Origin: a virus | Lineage: Duplodnaviria; Caudoviricetes | DNA length: 31,738 nt | Reading direction: 5' to 3' (one strand) | IMG/VR virus record: IMGVR_UViG_3300025357_000036 | Coordinates: 1-31,738 of that record | Shown: piece after piece, positions 25,357 through 31,738 of the stretch | Numbering within the stretch: the first letter of the stretch is position 1 | Layout of the letters: each line of letters starts with the position of its first letter | Notes under the pieces: generated by a model | Told to the model about the DNA's origin: nothing | Databases searched by the model: none | The model's input: only the letters and a program-made list of their open reading frames with translations | Position numbers and translations under genes: made by a program

Positions 25357-26354
25357 ACCATACACCCGAACAAACCGACAGCGAAGTCACAAGGCTCAGG
25401 GATGAACTTGAGCATACTCAAATAAGTCTTCGCTACGAAAAACTGATAACGGCTTCCCTCGTTAGACGAATCAACAATCCAAAAACTGAAATTGGTAAAC
25501 TCCGCAGGAAATGTTTTGATTGGATCTCCGATTTTCGTGAATTGCGAACGCTTGCAAAACAACTAGACGAAGAGGCAAGCGAAAAAACCAACGAGGTCGC
25601 AAGGCTTCGTGAGCTTCTGGAGAAGGCTAAACACTTACTTTGGATTGCATTACCTCATATCGACCCAAAGGCAATCGACGCAGAATTTGCGCACACAAAG
25701 CCGATTTCCGAGTGCTACATCAACACGATGGTCAGAGAAGAACTAGCCGCACTCGCCCTCGCGCCAAAGGAACCCGAAACCTCTGCACATCCCGACAAGT
25801 GCATAGGAAATGTAACGCTCGACCTAAAACGGTTGTATCAATCCATGCCCAAGCACTTGCAGAAGAAAGTGTCTCTCCACGATTTGAAGCTAATCTGTGA
25901 CGCATACAACGGAGACCAGCCGCCCGTAGATAACCAGTATGTCGCCGATGGGTGTGAGAAGTTCGGTCATTGGCCAGAGGAAAACAAATGCACCTGCGGG
26001 GCAGAATCATGGGAAAATTTTAGCCACTTCCATGACGGAATTTGCATTTTAGCCCCCGCGCCAGAGGAACCCGTGAGCGAGGGAACTCGCATCGCCGCCG
26101 AAGCAAGATACGCTTGCAACGACCTGACCGAAGCGGAGAGGGAAAATGCCCTAGAGAAAGCCAACGAGGTCATGGGATGGCGAGGGCTTGGCCCTGACGA
26201 GGTGATCCAAGGGGGGGATGAGGCTTCGTTTATTGGGAACTTTTGGAAAGCAGTAACGGATCAAAAAGGAAAACCTGTTAATTACTTTACAGAAAGAATC
26301 CGCTTCCGCACCCGCCGCCCATTGCCGAAGCCAAAATTAACTAGAGAATCCTAA
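25353..26354 (+). CDS. mosaic hypothetical protein
   Basis: 333 aa with several NEVARL and LAPAPEEP linkers. Confidence 0.7.
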   Translation: MNHTPEQTDSEVTRLRDELEHTQISLRYEKLITASLVRRINNPKTEIGKLRRKCFDWISDFRELRTLAKQLDEEASEKTNEVARLRELLEKAKHLLWIALPHIDPKAIDAEFAHTKPISECYINTMVREELAALALAPKEPETSAHPDKCIGNVTLDLKRLYQSMPKHLQKKVSLHDLKLICDAYNGDQPPVDNQYVADGCEKFGHWPEENKCTCGAESWENFSHFHDGICILAPAPEEPVSEGTRIAAEARYACNDLTEAERENALEKANEVMGWRGLGPDEVIQGGDEASFIGNFWKAVTDQKGKPVNYFTERIRFRTRRPLPKPKLTRES

Positions 26355-26584
26355 TGAACCCCGACACTAACAACTGCCCTTACTGCGGGGCTAAGCCAAT
26401 GATTCATAGCTATGTTTGTGGAACTACTTTTCCCAATATAGCAGGAAATTGCAGTATTTCCGAAATCTGTAAATTAAACAACGAGGTCGCAAGGCTCAGG
26501 GAGCGGTTAGAAAAAGCCGAAGAACTAATCCGTGGCCTGCACGATGGGTGGAAGAAGGCACGAAAGGCTCACCTTGAAACCTGA
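26354..26584 (+). CDS. mosaic Zn-finger protein
   Basis: CPYCGA..CGT..C plus NEVARLRE and ARKAHLET. Confidence 0.65.
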   Translation: MNPDTNNCPYCGAKPMIHSYVCGTTFPNIAGNCSISEICKLNNEVARLRERLEKAEELIRGLHDGWKKARKAHLET

Positions 26585-26657
26585 AACACCGCAAGTTTAC
26601 TAAACAGTGAAAAACCCCACAACTAATAAAAATACTAACACCGCATTTAATAAGAAT

Positions 26658-26834
26658 ATGAATCCCGAAACAAACGAACGCCAGTATTTCAAAGACGAAC
26701 TCTGGCAACTCATCCGAGGCCGCTACGGAAATATGCAAGTCATGGATACCCTAGCGGTTCTTGAATGGGTGAAGCTGGAACTCTTTCACAACACCCCACC
26801 ATCCACACCAAACAACGAAATCAAAGTCAAATGA
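26658..26834 (+). CDS. hypothetical protein
   Basis: ATG 26658; MNPETN start resembles the MNPDTN start of the previous gene. Confidence 0.55.
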   Translation: MNPETNERQYFKDELWQLIRGRYGNMQVMDTLAVLEWVKLELFHNTPPSTPNNEIKVK

Positions 26835-27253
26835 AAGCCGACACCTCACTAATTGGCGATTTAGTCCTTCAACTCCAACGCGAACTCGCCGAGAAAACCA
26901 ACGAGGCTTCCAACTGGCATCAGCACTACAGAGATGAGGCTTCCAAGGCGCAGAAATGCAAACAGGCTTTTATCGGGCAGGAGAAAAAGGTCGCAAGGCT
27001 CCGTGAGCTTCTGGACCGAGCGATTGAAATTGCTGGCAACTTTGAATGTTCTGGCCTTCCAAAAGATCATTTTATGGTTTTTTGGAAAGTGCAGAAGCAT
27101 GAGTTTTCCAAACTCAAAGCAGAATCCCGACTCGCCCCCGCGCCAGAGGAACCAACTATCTATTTCAGAGAACCCACCACCGAAGAATCAAAAGTTTTGG
27201 ACAAGGTTCTTGATCAATTAAGGAAAGAAGATCGGCACTATAAACAAAAATGA
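26831..27253 (+). CDS. mosaic hypothetical protein
   Basis: RELAEKTNE..VARLRELLDRAIEIA..LAPAPEEP. Confidence 0.65.
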   Translation: MKADTSLIGDLVLQLQRELAEKTNEASNWHQHYRDEASKAQKCKQAFIGQEKKVARLRELLDRAIEIAGNFECSGLPKDHFMVFWKVQKHEFSKLKAESRLAPAPEEPTIYFREPTTEESKVLDKVLDQLRKEDRHYKQK

Positions 27254-27591
27254 GAACTTTCAAAGCAAAGGGTAACACTACCCGTCGAGTTGCAGGAACC
27301 ATGAACAAGACAGAACAGGCTTATGCCGATCTTCTTGAACAACGCAAACAAGCAGGAGAGATCCACCACTACGGATTTGAGGCTATCAATCTTAAACTAG
27401 CCAAGTTGACAAGCTACCTTCCCGACTTCTTTGTCATCAATGCTGATGGAACAATAGAGTTCCATGAAGTCAAGGGGCATTGGATGGGGAATGGTCGTGT
27501 AAAAATAAAAGTCGCCGCAGAGAATCATCCGTGGTTTAGATTTGTGGCTATTCAGTATAAAAAAAAGGAATGGTCATACGAGGAGTTTTAA
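27250..27591 (+). CDS. DUF1064-like PD-(D/E)XK endonuclease
   Basis: MNKTE..Y..AGEI..YLPDF..EFHEVKG. Confidence 0.8.
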   Translation: MRTFKAKGNTTRRVAGTMNKTEQAYADLLEQRKQAGEIHHYGFEAINLKLAKLTSYLPDFFVINADGTIEFHEVKGHWMGNGRVKIKVAAENHPWFRFVAIQYKKKEWSYEEF

Positions 27592-27592
27592 T

Positions 27593-28057
27593 ATGATTAC
27601 TGAAGACGATAAATGTCCATGTTGCGGTCGTGAATACGACACCCCTGCAAAGCCGAAGAAAGCCCCTGCAAGCGACTTTGATGCTTTCTGGAAGGCTTAT
27701 CCAAAGAAAATAGGAAAAGGCTATTGCGGAGAAATATGGAAGCGCAAGAACCTATCCCTTGATCTTGTTCTTCCAGCATTAAAGAACGCTATTGCTAGCA
27801 GAGATTGGCAGAAAGAAGGCGGACAGTTTATTCCCAATCCTTCTACTTGGCTAAACCAAGGACGATGGGAGGATGAGGGATTAGACTATGCCGCACTAAA
27901 AGTAGAAAGACCAGTATTTCTAAAACCAGAACGCAAAGTCGATTATGATCACTACAAGGCATGGAAAGCCCAGGAAGGCTATCCTCCATGTATATTAACC
28001 ACGCAATTCAGAGAAGACCCAACATACATCCAACAAGCATACCTAAAAACCCTATGA
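27593..28057 (+). CDS. replication initiator / replisome-organiser-like protein (C-terminal domain)
   Basis: FDAFWKAYPKK.GK..FIPNPSTWLNQGRWED. Confidence 0.75.
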   Translation: MITEDDKCPCCGREYDTPAKPKKAPASDFDAFWKAYPKKIGKGYCGEIWKRKNLSLDLVLPALKNAIASRDWQKEGGQFIPNPSTWLNQGRWEDEGLDYAALKVERPVFLKPERKVDYDHYKAWKAQEGYPPCILTTQFREDPTYIQQAYLKTL

Positions 28058-28203
28058 AAGACATGACCGAGGAAGACATCATCGAACGACTAGAGAAGCG
28101 TATAGCCTATCTTGAGTATGTTCTATCCGAGATCCAGATACTCAACGCTATGGGCAAGACGCTCAAGATCGACGAGGCAATCCAAGCCGCTATTAATGAA
28201 TAA
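28054..28203 (+). CDS. small coiled-coil protein
   Basis: 49 aa; ATGA overlap. Confidence 0.55.
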   Translation: MKDMTEEDIIERLEKRIAYLEYVLSEIQILNAMGKTLKIDEAIQAAINE

Positions 28204-28537
28204 GCTGATACCCGTCCTGATACCTGTATTCATTGTGGAGATCATTGCGAACTCTGCATGGATTATGGTCAGCTATGAGCCAAAGATCCGTACCAATACT
28301 TGGCTTTCCTATACCATTGCAAGCCTTGCAGGAACCCTGTCAGGTCTTGCTTGGTGCTGGATGGCAAGGTCAGTAAGCCAGAACAATATGTACCTAGCCA
28401 ACCTCGCTTGGGATTGGGTAGTCGGAATCATATTTATCTCGCTACCCATCTTTTACTACGGAGTGAAGCTGGATCATCAATCCCTGATCGGAGCAATTGT
28501 AGCCTTTGCTGGCCTAATGATAATGAGCCATGAGTGA
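28196..28537 (+). CDS. SMR/DMT-like 4-TM membrane protein
   Basis: 113 aa, four hydrophobic segments, Glu15 in TM1, LAN.AW in TM3, IG..V..AG in TM4. Confidence 0.65.
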   Translation: MNKLIPVLIPVFIVEIIANSAWIMVSYEPKIRTNTWLSYTIASLAGTLSGLAWCWMARSVSQNNMYLANLAWDWVVGIIFISLPIFYYGVKLDHQSLIGAIVAFAGLMIMSHE

Positions 28538-28706
28538 AGAAAAGACCATGCAGGAGAAGCTAGACATCTCCAATGACCAGCGTGATCGGGCTATTGCCAT
28601 AGCGGATGGTGTAATGAATTGGGAATCTTTGGCAGATACCCGAAAGAGCATGAAGGATTTGGCACAACTCAAACAAGACATCAAAGACAATGAAAAGCAG
28701 GATTGA
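28530..28706 (+). CDS. hypothetical protein (58 aa)
   Basis: Manual translation MSEEKTMQEKL..DRAIAIA..; fills the gap between neighbours. Confidence 0.55.
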   Translation: MSEEKTMQEKLDISNDQRDRAIAIADGVMNWESLADTRKSMKDLAQLKQDIKDNEKQD

Positions 28707-28977
28707 CGACATTTTGAACGAGATCGGACTTGAGACTCCCGATTTGCCTCCGATTAATAAACATGAGGCAATCGAAATGGGTCTTGTAAAAGGAAGCGAA
28801 AAGCCACAGATCGGCCCTTGTGGAAAGGCTTGCTTTGAGTCTGCATCTCATTGCGATAAGGCAATCAAGTCACGCCTAAAGTCCGGCAAAGGCGGCACTA
28901 GCTTCCTTCGATCCTACTTCTGCGAGGAATGCTCCTCTTACCACATGACATCTAGCCACAACAAACTGAACAAATGA
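28690..28977 (+). CDS. small Zn-binding protein
   Basis: CGK..F..LRSYFCEECSSYHMTS. Confidence 0.7.
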   Translation: MKSRIDDILNEIGLETPDLPPINKHEAIEMGLVKGSEKPQIGPCGKACFESASHCDKAIKSRLKSGKGGTSFLRSYFCEECSSYHMTSSHNKLNK

Positions 28978-29192
28978 ACCAACTCCAAGCACTAATATTT
29001 GCGGCATCATTGAATACCGCACCTGTCCAGCCAATAGCTCCACAGACATACTACATCAGCAACCTTTCTGAGACTGATGGAGCAAAATGCGGTGAGTATT
29101 ACAGCATCACCCCTATGCCATCATTCCAACCTGTCCTGCAACCCATAACGCCAATCGTTATACCCATGTTTAACGATAACTCAGGAGAATAA
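28974..29192 (+). CDS. hypothetical protein (possible signal peptide, Pro-rich)
   Basis: 72 aa. Confidence 0.55.
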   Translation: MNQLQALIFAASLNTAPVQPIAPQTYYISNLSETDGAKCGEYYSITPMPSFQPVLQPITPIVIPMFNDNSGE

Positions 29193-29193
29193 A

Positions 29194-29823
29194 ATGAATT
29201 TAGAACTATTCGATCAACCAGTAATCCGTAGTGTTTATGAATCACAGGATGATATTCTAAATGCTATTCTAAAACTTCATTGCAAACAGGGTTTTGATTG
29301 TGACATGACCTATGGAAATGGTTCTTTTTGGAAAACCATACCAAGACCTTTGCTATGCTATGATGTTCAACCCCAAAAACCAGAAGCGGTTCAAGGAGAT
29401 AGCAGAGCATTACCACTTGCATCAGAATTTCTAAATAGCCTTGTATTTGACCCACCCTTCTTGACTTATGTAAAGGGAGGAAGAGATCACAAAAAAGGAA
29501 AAGTTGCCATGACTTCCAGATTTAATGGCTATTGGTCTTATACTGAATTAGAAGATCACTATAGAGATACAATTAGTGAGGCTTGGAGAATACTTAAAAA
29601 AGGAGGACATTTTGTATTCAAATGCCAAGATATTATTCACAATCACAAAATGCATTGCACTCATTATAATACGATTGCAATGGCACAGAATGAGGGTTTT
29701 AGACTTGCTGATCTATTCATATTAGCGGCAAAGCACAGGATGCCTTCACCCCAAAAGGGACAACAAAAACACGCAAGAATTTTCCATAGCTATTTTCTTG
29801 TATTCCAAAAACCAAAAAAATGA
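29194..29823 (+). CDS. SAM-dependent DNA amino-methyltransferase (putative)
   Basis: SAM-binding DMTYGNG, catalytic DPPF, EAWRILKKGG; GGAG RBS. Confidence 0.8.
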   Translation: MNLELFDQPVIRSVYESQDDILNAILKLHCKQGFDCDMTYGNGSFWKTIPRPLLCYDVQPQKPEAVQGDSRALPLASEFLNSLVFDPPFLTYVKGGRDHKKGKVAMTSRFNGYWSYTELEDHYRDTISEAWRILKKGGHFVFKCQDIIHNHKMHCTHYNTIAMAQNEGFRLADLFILAAKHRMPSPQKGQQKHARIFHSYFLVFQKPKK

Positions 29824-29868
29824 TCTCTGACTTTGTAGAGTTAATTGGGATTGCGTTTTTAGTAGGTG

Positions 29869-31386
29869 CTAACGCTTCTTTACAGGCTTCTTAAATTTAC
29901 CTTCGTAGTTCAAGAACTCTAGCTCTTCTAGCGGCATCTTTCTTTGGAGCAACCATTCCCTTGCCAGCTTTGCATTACGCAAGTTGCAGAGATCAGAGTT
30001 GATATGCTCGGTTCTCTCCCAAAGAGAGTCATGCCTCTGATGATAGATAGCCTTCTCTATTTCCTGACCCTTGGCTAGTTTGATTAGCTCTCGCATGATC
30101 CTATCCCATGAATGTCTTCCTATAACCATGTCAGGGTACAGGTGATGGTTTTTCCTCCACCAACCTACAGGGATGGTAAAGAGATCACACCCAGGGTACT
30201 TGCTACCAGCAATCTCATCGTCAGGGATAACCTTATCCAGATACTTGTAGTCATGTCTGAAGGCATAGCCTAGCGGCGCTTTCCTAATCTTCTCTATGAT
30301 GTCCGTTGTGACACAAATATCCGTATTGGTTATCACCACGATGTCGGTATCTTTTCTTCCGCAACAGGAGAACTTTATCATCTCCTTGATCATGGGAATA
30401 TCTTTCTTCTGATTGGGTATCGTGTTGGCTGAGTGCCTGACAAAGCAGTTGTCATCAAGACCACAATCTACCCACCCGACATTCCAAGTGCTTGCGGCTA
30501 GATCGTTGCGGCGTTTCTCTTCGCCTGTGGCATTGGGTAGCCTTGAGTAAACATGGACAATATCGGAATGCTTTGGCTTCTCAGGAGGGTTACGGATGAG
30601 ATCCAATATCCTAGTCACATCCCTTGGGAAGTTCTTATAGCGTGTGTAGGATGCGTAGGAAGGTCGCCAAGCACTTCCGTACCACATATTAGGGGAATCT
30701 ACCACCAGAGCATGAACAGGCTTTTTAGTGGCGTATGAGAGATGCAGGGGGCCACTATCAGTCAGGATCATTGCCGCTGTATTAGGATGATCCATGATAC
30801 CTAGCAGGTCATAGAATCGTTCAGCTTTGATATTGGCTAGGTCAACTACATGGAAATTAGACAAGCTATGTCTAATTATCTCCCATAAAAGATCATTCCA
30901 AGGGAAGGGAGATGATGTTCCTCCTGTGCTGACTACAATCCAAGGCTTTCCTTTTGGAATATCTTTAATCAGCTTTGCTTCCCTTTTCTTATCCCTACGA
31001 TCAAAGACAAGCGGAGGTTGAGAAGGCCAAAGTTCTAACTTATCAGCCAGCTTCCATGCGTCCTTCTGAAAGGAATCACAGACAATCTTAGGAGCATGGG
31101 AGTTCCCATACACCTGACTGACGATCACATCTGAGATCCCAACAACCTGACTTGTCGTGACATTATCTCCATGTTGTTTCGCAAATTGTATCGCTCCAGC
31201 GACATCCTCAAAAGCTCCATCAAATACAAGAGGATCAACATAGCTGACACCATCAAGAATATCAGCATAGTCTTTTGCAACAACAAGGCGAGGCTTGATA
31301 CCCGTCTCTTGATACTCATTGTGAAGGACAGGAATGAAGGAGATGATGTCTCCATACCTTCCGCAGTTTACATGGACACTAGCCAT
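29869..31386 (-). CDS. glycosyltransferase: GT9 (heptosyltransferase)-like N-terminal domain fused to a second putative GT domain
   Basis: GRYGDII and TDSGPLHL are GT9 hallmarks; the C-terminal part has ITNTDI, GCDLF and WD motifs. Confidence 0.75.
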   Translation of the reverse strand: MASVHVNCGRYGDIISFIPVLHNEYQETGIKPRLVVAKDYADILDGVSYVDPLVFDGAFEDVAGAIQFAKQHGDNVTTSQVVGISDVIVSQVYGNSHAPKIVCDSFQKDAWKLADKLELWPSQPPLVFDRRDKKREAKLIKDIPKGKPWIVVSTGGTSSPFPWNDLLWEIIRHSLSNFHVVDLANIKAERFYDLLGIMDHPNTAAMILTDSGPLHLSYATKKPVHALVVDSPNMWYGSAWRPSYASYTRYKNFPRDVTRILDLIRNPPEKPKHSDIVHVYSRLPNATGEEKRRNDLAASTWNVGWVDCGLDDNCFVRHSANTIPNQKKDIPMIKEMIKFSCCGRKDTDIVVITNTDICVTTDIIEKIRKAPLGYAFRHDYKYLDKVIPDDEIAGSKYPGCDLFTIPVGWWRKNHHLYPDMVIGRHSWDRIMRELIKLAKGQEIEKAIYHQRHDSLWERTEHINSDLCNLRNAKLAREWLLQRKMPLEELEFLNYEGKFKKPVKKR

Positions 31387-31564
31387 TCACCTTGGTGTAC
31401 TCTTTATGAAAAGCAGTAGCCAATCCCTTGGCATGGACAGCAAGGACTTTCACCCTGTCAGCACCACCCTTCTGACCTAGAGTCTCAGGGTTCAGTTCGC
31501 CAGAGGAGGCAAGCCCCGAAAGGATTGCCAGCCAAGCCTCATCAACTTTGGTCGTCTTCTCCAT
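31379..31564 (-). CDS. hypothetical protein
   Basis: ATG at 31564; overlaps both neighbours. Confidence 0.6.
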   Translation of the reverse strand: MEKTTKVDEAWLAILSGLASSGELNPETLGQKGGADRVKVLAVHAKGLATAFHKEYTKVNG

Positions 31565-31738
31565 AGGATTTGGTGAATCGCTTGCGAGGTTCCTCTTCTG
31601 TTTTCGGGAGGACTTTGAGTTGCGGCGTTTCTGGTACTTCCACTTCTGCTTCAAGGGTTGCTCCTGTATCATAATCCATTGGTTCAAGTGGGCCGTATTG
31701 CTGAATGTATCGACCTAATTCAATAAGAAGGTTGCGAC
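31542..31738 (-). CDS. 3' end of a gene starting outside the window
   Basis: Open frame ..RNLLIELGRYIQQYGPLEP..GEDDQS*. Confidence 0.6.
   Translation of the reverse strand, partial: RNLLIELGRYIQQYGPLEPMDYDTGATLEAEVEVPETPQLKVLPKTEEEPRKRFTKSYGEDDQS

Larger units (their letters stand above)
24547..27153 (+). repeat. dispersed in-frame repeats (CAACGAGGTCGCAAGGCT family and GCCCCCGCGCCAGAGGAACC family)
   Basis: Exact 18-mers at 24547, 25206, 25589 and 26479; exact 30-mer at 25184 and 26877; exact 20-mer at 26052 and 27134. Confidence 0.9.

Noticed and set aside
24547-27015. NEVARL repeats as a CRISPR array or DGR template/variable repeats
   Set aside because: Spacing is irregular and hundreds of bp, repeats are in frame, no reverse transcriptase is present and mismatches are not adenine-specific.
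1-31738. Stop-codon reassignment
   Set aside because: Hallmark genes are full length in the standard code, TAA/TAG/TGA all end genes, and the tRNA anticodon is TTG rather than a suppressor.

Overview
A 31.7 kb segment of a tailed dsDNA phage genome (Caudoviricetes). No integrase, CRISPR array or transposon is visible. The left arm (- strand) is a head/virion operon: LamG-like protein, small virion proteins, probable major capsid protein, scaffold and a long P22-like portal. The terminase large subunit is transcribed divergently on +. It is followed by an accessory cluster: amidinotransferase/DDAH-family enzyme, MazG-like protein, metallophosphoesterase, HExxH peptidase, Anti-TRAP-like Zn finger and tRNA-Gln. 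Next come a non-coding stretch packed with palindromes and the terminase small subunit (-). The right arm (+) holds small early genes, an RHH regulator, small basic proteins, a RecT-like/PD-(D/E)XK/SSB recombination module, a repeat-linked mosaic gene array, a DUF1064-like nuclease, a replication-initiator-like protein, an SMR-like membrane protein and a DNA methyltransferase. It converges on a GT9-like glycosyltransferase fusion. The most notable oddities are the operator-like palindrome array at 14.17-14.65 kb, the kissing-loop RNA upstream of the amidinotransferase-family gene, a tRNA-His-like minihelix ending in CCA at 884-919, and the repeat-linked modular gene array at 24.5-27.2 kb. All family calls come from motif recognition by eye; no searches were run.
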